64,000 nucleotides of DNA from an uncultured Pseudomonadota bacterium. GTDB taxonomy: Bacteria > Pseudomonadota > Alphaproteobacteria > JACZXZ01. Positions 28,888 to 38,886 of the stretch are shown in pieces; the stretch's first letter is position 1, and every line of letters starts with the position of its first letter. Below the pieces are notes generated by a model that saw only the letters and a list, made by a program, of their open reading frames with translations, ran no database searches and was not told the origin of the DNA. A program made the position numbers and the translations under genes. The stretch is from assembly GCA_963749075.1 (NCBI GenBank), contig CAVVLJ010000020.1, positions 800,001 to 864,000 on the forward strand, given 5' to 3'.

Positions 28888-29793
28888 ATGACGGCCGCGA
28901 TCGCCGTCATCACCCCTTCCTTCGCGCAAGGCCGCTTCATCGAGCGCACCGTCCGGAGCGTGCTCGACCAGGGGCCGCTCGCCATCGACTACGTGGTGGT
29001 GGACGGCGGCAGCACGGACGGCACCCTCGAGATCCTGCGCCGCTACCAGGGCTCGCTCCGCTTCGTTTCCGCGCCCGACGAGGGGCAGAGCGACGCCGTC
29101 AACAAGGGCCTGGCGATGAGCGATGCGCCGGTCATCGGCTGGCTCAATTCCGACAACGTCTATTACCCCGGCGCTGTCGCCGCGGCACTCGAGTTTTTCG
29201 CCCTGCATCCCGAGGTCGACGTGCTCTACGGCAACGCCCAGCACATCGACGAGAACGATGCGGTGATCGAGGACTACGCCGTCGAGCCGTGGAATCTCAA
29301 GCGCCTCGCCGAGGTCTGCTTCCTCTGCCAGCCGGCGGTGTTCTTCCGCCGCCGCGTCGTCGAGCGCTTCGGTCCGCTCGACAAGTCGCTGCGCTATTGC
29401 ATGGACTACGAATACTGGCTGCGCCTCGGCCACGGCGGCGCCGTCTTCGCGCAGCTGCCGCGCACGCTCGCGGGCTCGCGCCTCCATGGCGCCACCAAGA
29501 CGCTCGGCGAGCGGAGAAGCTTCCACGCCGAGATCAACAGCATGCTCAAGCGCCGGCTCGGGCGGGTGCCCGACCGCTGGCTCGCCAATTACGCCCACGT
29601 CGTGGTCGAGGAGCGCGGCATCGCCCGCGCCGACCGCGCGCGCTTCGCCTGGGCGGTCGCCTGGGCGACGCTTGCGGCGGGCCTCAGCTGGAACCGCCGG
29701 CTCAACCGCTCGCTCGTGGCGCTCACCTCGGGCTGGCTGCGCTCGTCGCTCGCGGAGAGGGTCGCGCGCTTGCGCCGGAGAGCGGCACCATGA
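28888..29793 (+). CDS. GT2 glycosyltransferase
   Basis: VITPSFAQGRFIERTVRSVLDQ, VDGGSTDGT, GQSDAVNKG, WLNSDN, CQPAVFFRR, MDYEYWLR. Confidence 0.92.
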   Translation: MTAAIAVITPSFAQGRFIERTVRSVLDQGPLAIDYVVVDGGSTDGTLEILRRYQGSLRFVSAPDEGQSDAVNKGLAMSDAPVIGWLNSDNVYYPGAVAAALEFFALHPEVDVLYGNAQHIDENDAVIEDYAVEPWNLKRLAEVCFLCQPAVFFRRRVVERFGPLDKSLRYCMDYEYWLRLGHGGAVFAQLPRTLAGSRLHGATKTLGERRSFHAEINSMLKRRLGRVPDRWLANYAHVVVEERGIARADRARFAWAVAWATLAAGLSWNRRLNRSLVALTSGWLRSSLAERVARLRRRAAP

Positions 29794-30974
29794 AGGTCGG
29801 CTTCGACGTGAGTCAGACCGGCAGGGACAAGGCCGGCTGCGGCATCCTCGCCGACTGCCTCATCCGTCATCTCCCCGCCCTCATGGCCGAGGACGAGTTC
29901 CTTCTCTATCCGACCTTCGGCGATCTCTATTGGGACGAGCGCTGGGCGGAAGATACCGCACTCCCCGCCGGCGCCAACCTGCGCCGCGGCTTCCACCACA
30001 CGGATTTCGAGGCGGCGCGCGCCTTCTGGCGCACCCCGCCGGCGGCACTCGATGCGCTGCTCGGCGATCCCGACATCGTCCATTCCAACAATTTCTTCTG
30101 CCCCCCGGCGCTCGCCCGCGCCCGTCTCGTCTATACGCTCTACGATCTCAATTTCCTCGAGAACCCCGAGTGGACCACGGAGGCCAACCGGGTCGGCTGC
30201 TTCACGGGCGTCTTCAACGCGAGCGTGCGGGCCAACGCCGTCGTTGCCATCTCGGACTTCTCGCGCCGCCATTTCCTCGCCACCTTCCCGCACTATCCGG
30301 CCGAGCGCACGGCCGTCGTGCATCTCGCGAGCCGCTTTGCCGCACCGGCGCCAGGGGTGGCCGCCGGGCCGCCCTCCGAGCGGCTGGCGCGCCTTGCCGC
30401 CGCGGGCTTCTGGCTCGCGGTCGGCACCATCGAGCCGCGCAAGAACTACGAGGGCCTGGCCGAGGCCTTCGCCCGCCTCGGCGGCGAGGGCGGGCGAGCC
30501 ATGCCCCTCGTGATCGCCGGCAAGAACGGCTGGATGATGCAGCACTTCGACGACCGGCTCCGCGCGCTCGAGCTGGGCGACGCGGTGCTGCGCCTCGGCT
30601 ATGCGAGCGAGGCGGAGCTCGCCTGGCTCTACCGGAACTGCTTTGCCTTCGTCTATCCGACCTTCTGGGAAGGCTTCGGGCTGCCGGTCGTGGAAGCCAT
30701 GAGCCAGGGCGCTCCGGTGATCTCGTCGGCGGTGAGCTCGATCCCCGAGATCCTCGGCGATGCCGGCCTTCTGATCGATCCGCACGACGGGGCGAGCCTC
30801 TTGGCCGCGATGCGGCGGCTTGCGGACGAGCCGGACTTGCGGCAGGCGCTCGCCGGGCGCGCGGCCCGCCGGGCGAGGCACTTTTCCTGGCATGAGACGG
30901 CCCGCCGGGTGGCCGAGATCTACCGCGAGGCGCTGGCCCGCCCGCGCTACGCCCAAAGCGAGCCGGCCCGGTGA
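29790..30974 (+). CDS. GT4 glycosyltransferase
   Basis: VGTIEPRKNY, YPTFWEGFGLPVVEAMSQG, FSWHETA; ATGA overlap. Confidence 0.92.
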   Translation: MKVGFDVSQTGRDKAGCGILADCLIRHLPALMAEDEFLLYPTFGDLYWDERWAEDTALPAGANLRRGFHHTDFEAARAFWRTPPAALDALLGDPDIVHSNNFFCPPALARARLVYTLYDLNFLENPEWTTEANRVGCFTGVFNASVRANAVVAISDFSRRHFLATFPHYPAERTAVVHLASRFAAPAPGVAAGPPSERLARLAAAGFWLAVGTIEPRKNYEGLAEAFARLGGEGGRAMPLVIAGKNGWMMQHFDDRLRALELGDAVLRLGYASEAELAWLYRNCFAFVYPTFWEGFGLPVVEAMSQGAPVISSAVSSIPEILGDAGLLIDPHDGASLLAAMRRLADEPDLRQALAGRAARRARHFSWHETARRVAEIYREALARPRYAQSEPAR

Positions 30975-33900
30975 GCCGGCTGGCGACCGGCGAGCGCCTC
31001 TCTGGCGGGCTCGTGGCACTCCTGGCTGTAGCGGCGGCGGCCGGGGTGGCAAATCCGCCGCCCTTTGCCGTGCTGGCCGAGAGCGGCGGCTTGGCGGTGC
31101 TGGGCTTCAATCTGGCGCTGCTCGTCCTCGCGGCGGCGCTTGGCGCCCTGGCCCTGGCGCTCGGCGACGTGGCGCTCCTCGCGCTCCGGTCGGCGGGCGC
31201 CCTTCAGCTCAGCGCCGAGGCGGTCCTCCTGCGCCTTACGCTCGGCACGGCGCTCTTGAGCGTGTTGGGCGTCGCCCTCGCCGCGGCCCGTCTCATCGAT
31301 CCTTGGGTCTCAGGCGCCATCCTCGCGGCGGCGCTCGGCAGCTGGATCGCCTGGCGCGGCGCCCTCGTGCGCGACGGGCTCGGCCGGCTCCGCCAATGGC
31401 TCTCGCCCAAGGCGCCCGCCGAGGCGAGCCCTCTGCTCCGCATCCTGCGCTGGCTCGGCATCCTCGCGGCCGCAGCACTCCTTCTCCTGCGCACGATCGA
31501 TCCGCATCTCGGCGATTTCGATTCGCAGCAGCAGTACGTGCTCTTCCTCGACGAGGTCCGCCATCTCGGGTCGTTCTGGCTCGACCCGGCCGAGCCCCTC
31601 TACTTCGATTTCCTCTCCGGCCGCGGCAACGGCGTCTTTCTCTTCGCCGCCGGGATCGGCGGCGGCCTCGTGATCCAGGCCGTCTCGGCCGTCTATGCCG
31701 TCCTCATCCTGCTTACGCTGCGCGCTGTCGCCGTCCGCGCGCTGGCACCGGCCGAGGCGATGCTCGGCCCGGCGATCCCCCGGCTTCTCCCCGATCTGGC
31801 GGTCATTCTCGCCGCCACCATACTGTCGGATGTCTTGCCCTTCGGGCGCTACCACGTGCAGACCGCGGCGTGGTTCCTCGCGGCCCTGTACGCTGTCGTG
31901 CTGCGCGCGACCGGCTCCGAGGGCGAACGCCGCCTGGGCGCGGTCCTCCTTGCCGCGCTCGCGGTGGCACTGCCGTTGAGCCTGCCGCAATACACCGCGA
32001 TCTATGTCGCCATCGTCGCCGTCGGCGTCTTATGCGGCAAGATCGCCGGCCGGCCGCTCCGCGATCCGGCGAGCGCGCTCGCGGTGCTCGGTGCGGGCGT
32101 CATGTGCGCCGCAGGCCTGCTCTTCAATTGGCTCTATATCGGCACGCCCGAGCTCATTCCCTATTGGGTGTTCGAGCCGTTCATCAGGGACGGCGTATTC
32201 TCCCGCTGGTCGAGCCGGCAAACGCAGCTCTACGTCAACTATCTGCAAGGCGTTACCGGGACGTTCGCGACGGCTGCGCCGGCGGAACTGCATCTCAGCC
32301 TCGCGGCCCGGGTTGCGGAGGCCCTCCGCGCCCTCCTCGGCGGGCCGGGAGTTGCTGTGGCGGTGCTCGCGCTCGCCTTTGCCGGCGCCGCCGCGATGGG
32401 GCGCCTGGGCAAGCCCGTTGGTCAGCTCGCCATTGCACTTCGCACGCTGCTCTTGGCGCTGGCTCTTGCCTTTCTTGCCGCGGGTCCGCCTGCCGTCAGC
32501 CGGATGAGGTATCTTGCCCTCGACGTGCTGGTGCGCGCGCTCGAGGCGGGGGCGCTCGCGGCAGGATTGGCGCTTCTTCTCGCGGGGTGCCGTCCGCCGA
32601 CGCCGCGCGCGGGGTTAAGGGCGGCTGCGGCCATCTTGGCAGCGCTCCTTGCCTATCATGGGCTGGCGAGCGGCCTTCCGGCGCTCATCAATGCCTCGAG
32701 CCTCATGCGGCTCTTCCGCCATCAGGATGCCGTGCTGCCGGTCACGGCCGCAATTGCGCTCGCCCTTGCGGCCCTCTTGGCGCTCGTCCCCGGCGGAGCC
32801 CAGCCATCGCCCGTGCGCCGCCGCCTGGCGTGGCTCGCCGCCACCACCGCGGCATGCGCGGGTGCGATACTCGCCGCGTACGAGGCCCGCACGATGCTCT
32901 GGGGAGGATGGCAGCTTGCAGGCGCTGCCGCCCTTGCGACCCTGCTCGGCGCCGCATTGCTCGGCGCCGGCCTCGTTGCCGCCTGGGGACGGCTCTCGCG
33001 GCAAGCTGCGGCCGGAACGCTTCCCGCACCGATCCGCAGCGGGCTTCTCGAAGCCGCCGCCGCGGCAACCGCCGTCTTCGTCGTGCTGTCGCTCGCATCG
33101 ATCGGCCGCGCGGAATCCATCGCAGCGCTTCTGCGCTACGCGGCCGGGCTCGGCGGCGCCGAGGCGGCGCTGCCGCCCGCGGAGCAGGAATATGGACGCT
33201 GCCTTCGCCTTGCCGAGGTGCTGCCCGCGCATGCGAGGCTTCTCCACATCAACGGCTTCTCGACCCTGGCACCCTGCGTCGGCGCCGGCATCTTTCCGCG
33301 CGGCACATTGCAGCACCCTTATGAATCGGCACTCGCGCGCGCCTTCCGCGAGACCGTCCTCTCCGGGCCCGACGAGGCCGAGCGCACGCTGCGCGGGCTC
33401 GGCATCGATTACTTCCTCGTCGACAAGGGCGACATCCACTTCTGGGGGGCCGGGCTCGACCCGCTCTTCCAGCCGCCGCTGCTGGGCGAGCGCTTCGCTC
33501 TCTTCGCCGAGACGCCGGATTTCTACGTCCTCGCCTGGAAGGGACACGGCAAGCGCGCGCTCTCGTCCGCCGAGGCGTCGGCGATCGTCCGTCTCGAGCA
33601 TCTCTCGCAGCAGGAATCCGGATTCATCCGCGACGGCTACCACGTCAGCCACTGGCAGGCCGCCTACTGGCTCGGCATGCCCCGGCCGGCCTACCATTGG
33701 GGCGATACCATCGACTTCCGCACCGGCGGCAATTCGGGCGAGGCGATCGAGCGCGGCTGGTCGTCGCCCGACGAGGGCGGGACGTGGACGGACGGGGATG
33801 CCGCGAGCCTCCTGCTGGCGCCCGCTTCCAGCACCTCGGCGCCCGTGCTTCTGACCCTCGAGTCGCAGGCCTTCACCCCGCCCCAGCAGCCCTTCATTTC

Positions 33901-34588
33901 GGTCGGCGTCGCGGTCAACGGCGTTGCCGTCGCCCACTGGCTCTTCCTCGCGGGCGAGCCGCTGCGCCCGCGCACGGCGCTCATTCCGGCCGGGCTCGCC
34001 GCGCGCTCGCCGGAGCTCCGCATCGTCTTGACGCCCGACCATCCCGCCTCGCCGGCGTCATACGGCCTCTCGCGCGACGACCGGCAGTTGGGCCTCCACG
34101 TGGCTTCGCTTCGCCTCGAGCCCGGCGCCGCCCCGCCGCCCCCGCCTCTCTATCGGCTTGGCGAGCGCCTCGACTTCGGCAGCGCAGGCAATGTGCGGCC
34201 CTATCTGGGCGATGGCTGGTGGGGCTCGGAGTCGGCCGGCACCTGGTCCGCGGGACCGCGTGCCGAGCTCGGCCTTCGCCTCGCCACCAAGCCGTCCGGC
34301 GACCTCAAGCTCCTGTTGGATGGGCACGGCCTCTTGGCACCCGCCCAGCCGTCGCTGACCGTCGAGGTCGAGGCGAACGGCACCGCGGTTGGCCGCATTT
34401 CCTTCGATGCCGCAGCACCGGGCGGCGAGCGCGCGGTGAGCATCCCGGGAGGGCTCCTCGGGGAGGACGGCGAGCTCCGCCTGAGCCTTTTGTCGAGCCC
34501 GTGGCACTCGCCCGCCGAGCTTGGGCTCTCGGCCGACCGCCGCCCGCTCGGCCTCTTCGTCCGCAGCCTCGTCCTCGAGGCGGAATGA
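30971..34588 (+). CDS. Very large polytopic membrane protein (putative GT-C-like) with two tandem C-terminal beta-sandwich domains
   Basis: 1205 aa; long hydrophobic N-terminal two-thirds; repeats YHWGDTIDF...GWS...GTWTDG...SP...DDRQLGL and YRLGERLDF...GWW...GTWSAG...SP...DRRPLGL. Confidence 0.75.
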   Translation: MSRLATGERLSGGLVALLAVAAAAGVANPPPFAVLAESGGLAVLGFNLALLVLAAALGALALALGDVALLALRSAGALQLSAEAVLLRLTLGTALLSVLGVALAAARLIDPWVSGAILAAALGSWIAWRGALVRDGLGRLRQWLSPKAPAEASPLLRILRWLGILAAAALLLLRTIDPHLGDFDSQQQYVLFLDEVRHLGSFWLDPAEPLYFDFLSGRGNGVFLFAAGIGGGLVIQAVSAVYAVLILLTLRAVAVRALAPAEAMLGPAIPRLLPDLAVILAATILSDVLPFGRYHVQTAAWFLAALYAVVLRATGSEGERRLGAVLLAALAVALPLSLPQYTAIYVAIVAVGVLCGKIAGRPLRDPASALAVLGAGVMCAAGLLFNWLYIGTPELIPYWVFEPFIRDGVFSRWSSRQTQLYVNYLQGVTGTFATAAPAELHLSLAARVAEALRALLGGPGVAVAVLALAFAGAAAMGRLGKPVGQLAIALRTLLLALALAFLAAGPPAVSRMRYLALDVLVRALEAGALAAGLALLLAGCRPPTPRAGLRAAAAILAALLAYHGLASGLPALINASSLMRLFRHQDAVLPVTAAIALALAALLALVPGGAQPSPVRRRLAWLAATTAACAGAILAAYEARTMLWGGWQLAGAAALATLLGAALLGAGLVAAWGRLSRQAAAGTLPAPIRSGLLEAAAAATAVFVVLSLASIGRAESIAALLRYAAGLGGAEAALPPAEQEYGRCLRLAEVLPAHARLLHINGFSTLAPCVGAGIFPRGTLQHPYESALARAFRETVLSGPDEAERTLRGLGIDYFLVDKGDIHFWGAGLDPLFQPPLLGERFALFAETPDFYVLAWKGHGKRALSSAEASAIVRLEHLSQQESGFIRDGYHVSHWQAAYWLGMPRPAYHWGDTIDFRTGGNSGEAIERGWSSPDEGGTWTDGDAASLLLAPASSTSAPVLLTLESQAFTPPQQPFISVGVAVNGVAVAHWLFLAGEPLRPRTALIPAGLAARSPELRIVLTPDHPASPASYGLSRDDRQLGLHVASLRLEPGAAPPPPPLYRLGERLDFGSAGNVRPYLGDGWWGSESAGTWSAGPRAELGLRLATKPSGDLKLLLDGHGLLAPAQPSLTVEVEANGTAVGRISFDAAAPGGERAVSIPGGLLGEDGELRLSLLSSPWHSPAELGLSADRRPLGLFVRSLVLEAE

Positions 34589-34605
34589 GCGGTCGGTCCG
34601 GCGTC

Positions 34606-35214
34606 CTACATGGGCGGCGCCACGCCGTACTTGCCGACGTTGATGCGCAGCAGCGTCAGCGCGCCGTCGCTGGCTTTGCTCGCGACCGCGAAGACCGGCA
34701 GTCCCGGCTTGAGGTCGGCGCGCGCCGCCGGGACGATGGTCACGATCGGCAGGCCCGGGCGCAGCCGAACCGTGGTGGTGCCGCCCTTGTAGCTGAGGAC
34801 GAGGTCGCGCCCCGAGGCGCTCTCGACCATGGCGCTGACGGTGGCGTTCGTCATGCTGGTGTCGGGCCTGAGGTCCCAGCCGTAATGGCCCTCGCCGGTG
34901 CCGCGCAGTTTCTCCGGGAAGACCACGACTTCGAGCGCCCAGAGGGTGCCGTCGGCGCCCATCTCGGCGGCCGTGCCGATGAAGGTGCCCTCTTTGATCG
35001 CGGAGACGTCGACCGCCTTGACCGCGGAGACCGAGAGCTTGTCGCTCAGCGCGAGCTTGACCGTCGGACCCTCGCGCATGGCGATCGAGAGCGTCTTGGC
35101 ATCGACGGCCGCGATGGTGCCGCGGATGCGCATCGGCGGTGCGGCCATCTGCGCCGCGGCCGCGGTGGCAAAGCAGGCGATGAGTGCGGCGAAGAGCACG
35201 CTACGGTAAGGCAT
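34606..35214 (-). CDS. Secreted hypothetical protein (DUF5666-like repeated beta domain)
   Basis: Signal peptide, RIRGTI, GTGEGHYGWDL, SMTNATV, GVAPPM C-terminus. Confidence 0.75.
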   Translation of the reverse strand: MPYRSVLFAALIACFATAAAAQMAAPPMRIRGTIAAVDAKTLSIAMREGPTVKLALSDKLSVSAVKAVDVSAIKEGTFIGTAAEMGADGTLWALEVVVFPEKLRGTGEGHYGWDLRPDTSMTNATVSAMVESASGRDLVLSYKGGTTTVRLRPGLPIVTIVPAARADLKPGLPVFAVASKASDGALTLLRINVGKYGVAPPM

Positions 35215-35481
35215 GGCATCCCTCCCTGGCCGGGGTTGCTGAGGTCGCCTCATGCGCCGAGTACGCTATGGGATTTGGCTCCCCGCGGGCACTAGACCAT
35301 GCGCGGACGGGGCGAACAACGCGCGCTCGATAACATCTTCGCGAGGAGGGCGGGTGGACCCTGGGCCGCTGCGCTTGACCCGATGACCCTTGTCATCAAG
35401 GGGAGCAAGCCCCTAGGCTTCGCCCGGGCCGGCCGCCTCTCGGCGCCGCAGCGCCAAGGCAACAGGTACATCGGGATTGGG

Positions 35482-36492
35482 ATGGCATTTGCTCTCTCCT
35501 CGCTCGCGGGGCGGCTTTTCGAGCGTCTCTCCCGGCCGGCAGGCGCTCCCGCGGCGGGCGGCGTCGGCGGTCCTGCCGGCGATGCCCTCGACCGGCTCGA
35601 GATCGCCGAGCTCCGCGAGCGCCCGAGATTGTGGGAGCGCGTCATCCGCCGCCAACAGCAAGAGGCGCGGAGCGACGGCCAAGTCCGCCTTCTCCTCGAG
35701 AGCCTCTACCTGACCGAGGACCGCGCGGGCGACTTCGAGCGCTTCCGCAAGAGCAGGGAATTCGCCGCCGTGCTGCGGCTCCTCGACATCTTCGGCGCCG
35801 CGAAGGGTGCGCGCATCTGCGAGGTCGGCGCCGGGCCGGGCTACCTCTCCTGGGCGCTCCTCAAGGAGGGATTCGAGAAGCTCGAGGTGCTGGAGCCCAA
35901 CGCCCATCGCGTGACCGGCACGGGCTATCTGAGATCGCGGGCGGACGCCGCCGCCATCGCGGTGCACGACGACGTTGCGGCGTGGGCGCAGCTGCGCGGA
36001 CGCTGCAACGTCCTCCTCACGCGAAACTGCATCCACCATTTCGAGAACATCACGCGCGCGGCGGTCATGCTGCGCCGCGGCTTGGCACCCGGCGGGAAAT
36101 GGCTCGCCATCCGCGAATGGTACGCCGACAGCGCCGGCGAGCTCGCCCTCAACCTCGGCAGCCATCCTTATTGCCAGCCCTACAAGATGTACGAATGGCC
36201 CTATCCGGCGGCCCATTACGCCTCGGCGGTGGCACTCGCCGGCTTCAGGCTTGAGGCCGTGGTCCCCATCGACTACGACGGCAATTGCCTGGCCTCCTAT
36301 TCGGAGGGCCCGCCCTCCGCGGCGAGCCAGGCGGCGACGGCGGAGGTCGAGCGCCTGCTGCGCGAGAGCCCCGGCGCCAGCGTGGAAGCCTTCTGGCAGG
36401 AGGACTGGGATATTCGCATGGGCCGCCGGCCGCAGGTCCGCTACACGCGGCCGCAAGCGCTGCTCTTTTCCCGCGTCGAGGTGACCGCGTGA
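35482..36492 (+). CDS. Class I SAM-dependent methyltransferase
   Basis: ICEVGAGPG, EVLEP, NCIHHF, LAPGGKWLAIRE. Confidence 0.8.
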   Translation: MAFALSSLAGRLFERLSRPAGAPAAGGVGGPAGDALDRLEIAELRERPRLWERVIRRQQQEARSDGQVRLLLESLYLTEDRAGDFERFRKSREFAAVLRLLDIFGAAKGARICEVGAGPGYLSWALLKEGFEKLEVLEPNAHRVTGTGYLRSRADAAAIAVHDDVAAWAQLRGRCNVLLTRNCIHHFENITRAAVMLRRGLAPGGKWLAIREWYADSAGELALNLGSHPYCQPYKMYEWPYPAAHYASAVALAGFRLEAVVPIDYDGNCLASYSEGPPSAASQAATAEVERLLRESPGASVEAFWQEDWDIRMGRRPQVRYTRPQALLFSRVEVTA

Positions 36493-36510
36493 GCGCCGTG
36501 CCCGCGGCCG

Positions 36511-37822
36511 TCAGGGCACGGCCTCGACCGTCACCTCGCAAGCGAGCTGCACCGCCCCCGTGAAGGGGAGCGCAGCGCCGCGCGCCGCCACCTCGAGCGG
36601 GCCGAGCCCGTCGTGGCGGTCGCGCACGAAGGCCATGTTGGCGTGGGGCGTCCCCTCGAGCTCGCCGCACAATATGGAGATAGCGTAGCGTCCCGGACGC
36701 ACCGCGAGGCGGAGCTCGAAGCGGAGAACGGCGCTGCTGCCCGCGGCGAGCGGCGGCAGCGGCCGCCCGAGATGGAGGAAGCTCGTGGAGAAGACGAGCG
36801 CACCCGTCTCGTCGTGCAGCTCGAAGCCGACGTTGGGCTTGAGCATGCTTTCGCGGGCGAGCACGAGCGCCTCGATCACGAGCCGGTCGAAGACGGCGAA
36901 GCCGAGGCAGTCCTCGCCCGCCGCATCGGCAAGGCGCACGGCGGCGATCTCGAACGAGGGCTCGCCGCCTGGTACCCGCCCGGCGATGAGCGAATGCGCC
37001 ATGAGCCGCGCCGCAGCACCTGCCTCCGCCTTAAGCTGCAGGCCGGCGCCGGGCGGACGCGGCGGCGCCTCGGGCTCGAGCGCGCGTCCGCTCTCGACGA
37101 TGTAGCGCCCGATCGCCTCGTCGGTGGTGCCGTCGAAATCGAGCCTGCCGCCGCTCAAGACGAGGACGCGGCTGCACATGGCGCGCACCGCCGCCATGTC
37201 GTGGGAGACGAAGAGCAGCGTGGTGCCGCGGGCGACCCGCGCGCGCATCGCCTCGTAGCATTGCTGCTGGAAGAAGATGTCGCCGACCGCGAGCGCCTCG
37301 TCGACGATGAGCACGTCGGGCGAGAAATAGAGGTAGGTCGCGAAGGCGAGGCGGATCGCCATGCCCGACGAATAGACCTTGAGCGGGCTGTCGCTGAAAT
37401 CGCCGATGCCGGCAAACTCGAGGATGTCCGCCATGCGCTCCTCGGCGTAGCCGGCGGGGAAGTCGAGGAGGGCGGCGAGGTTGCGCACGTTCTCGCGGCC
37501 GCTGAGCTCGGGGTGGAAGCCGGCGCCGAGCTCGAGGAGGGCGAGCGCCGAGCCGCCGACCGCGGCGCGTCCGGCGCTCGGCCGAAGCACGCCGGCGAGG
37601 AGCTTGAGGAGCGTGCTCTTGCCAGCACCGTTGAGCCCGATGATGCCGACGCTCTCGCCGCGCGCCACGCGGAAGCTCACGTCGCTCAGCGGCCAGAATC
37701 TCCTGGCGGTAGTGCAGCCGCCCGCCCGCGAGCCAGTCGGCGAGACGCTGCCACGGCCGGTCGTAAAGCGCGAAGCACTTCGAGAGCGCCTCGACGGCGA
37801 CGGTGCCCGGCGCAAGCGTCAT
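36511..37822 (-). CDS. wzt: Polysaccharide ABC exporter ATP-binding protein with Wzt_C domain; +1 frameshift near 37700
   Basis: MTLAPGTVAVEALSKCFALYDRPWQRL in one frame, then FWPLSDVSF, GLNGAGKST, YSSGMAIRLAF, VDEALAVGD, FVSHD and a C-terminal Ig-like Wzt_C region in another; span 1312 nt = 3n+1. Confidence 0.88.
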
Positions 37823-38715
37823 GCCGCATTCTCCGCTTCGCGCGTAGCGCCGCGGCGCGCGAGGCTGCGGCAGAGCTCGAGGCCGCGCGCCGGGAAGAGC
37901 AGAAGTGCGCGCGCGAGGCACCACGCAGCACCGAAGCGGCGGCCGTGACGGTAACGCGCCACGCCGCGCTCGTACCAGATCGTGGAGCGAAGCAGGCGCC
38001 GCGCCGCGGCCGAGCGGCGGCCCGCCGCCTCGCCATGCCTCTCCCAGATCCGTGCCGCCGACCGATCGACCACGGCGACGCCCGGCCAGCCGGCGCCGGC
38101 ATGGACGACGGCGAGCGGCTCGGAGACGACCGCGATCGAGCAGCGCTCGGTATAGCGCAGGAGCCAGTCCCAGTCCTCGAGCCTGAGCATGGCCTCGTCG
38201 AGCAGGCCGAACTCGTCGAAGGCGCTGCGGCGCGCGAGCGCGCAGCTGCCGAAGCTCACGTTGCAGCCGGCGAGGACGCGGCGGTACCAGTCGTCGGCAA
38301 CCGCAAGAGGCCGCGCCTGCGGGCGCGCGCTGCCCTCGCGCATGAGTGTGAAGCCGCAGAGCGCAAGCGCCTGCTCGCGCGGCGCTGCGGCGAGGAGCGC
38401 CTGCTGGCGCGCGAGCTTCGCCGGCAGCCACTCGTCGTCGGAATCGAGGAAGGCAATGGCGCTGCCGCGGCTCGCGCGGATCCCGGTGTTGCGCGCGGCC
38501 GCGGTCCCGCGGTTCCGCTCGTGGCGGAGGAGGCGCAGGCGCGCGTCGGCGAAGGCGGCAAGCGCCCCTCGGAGATCGTCGCTCGAGCCGTCGTCGACGA
38601 CGACGAGCTCGAGATCGGCGAAGCTCTGGCCGAGCACCGATCGCACCGCGCGGCCGATCGACCAGGCGCGGTTGTAGACCGGAATGATGACGCTGATTTC
38701 GGGCGCGTTCCCCAT
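37819..38715 (-). CDS. GT2 glycosyltransferase
   Basis: SVIIPVYNR, VVDDGSSD, AARNTGI, FLDSDDEWLPAKL, LEDWDW. Confidence 0.92.
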   Translation of the reverse strand: MGNAPEISVIIPVYNRAWSIGRAVRSVLGQSFADLELVVVDDGSSDDLRGALAAFADARLRLLRHERNRGTAAARNTGIRASRGSAIAFLDSDDEWLPAKLARQQALLAAAPREQALALCGFTLMREGSARPQARPLAVADDWYRRVLAGCNVSFGSCALARRSAFDEFGLLDEAMLRLEDWDWLLRYTERCSIAVVSEPLAVVHAGAGWPGVAVVDRSAARIWERHGEAAGRRSAAARRLLRSTIWYERGVARYRHGRRFGAAWCLARALLLFPARGLELCRSLARRGATREAENAA

Positions 38716-38834
38716 GGCCGGCCCCGGCACTCCCATCGTGGCTCGGGCTCGCCCGAGAGGAGCCGAGTTCTACCATGGCCGTGCGGGGCGCGCAGCAGGT
38801 GGCGGGCCAAGCGCCGATCGCCTTGTTCCGCGAT

Positions 38835-38854
38835 ATAGTTGCATTTACAATTAA
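38835..38854. promoter_or_regulatory. A/T-rich imperfect palindrome, candidate MarR operator
   Basis: atagttgcatttacaattaa, about 30 bp upstream of the LLM-MarR operon in a very GC-rich background. Confidence 0.45.
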
Positions 38855-38886
38855 TCGGCCGCACCTTGCGGCGGGGGGGCCGCGCG

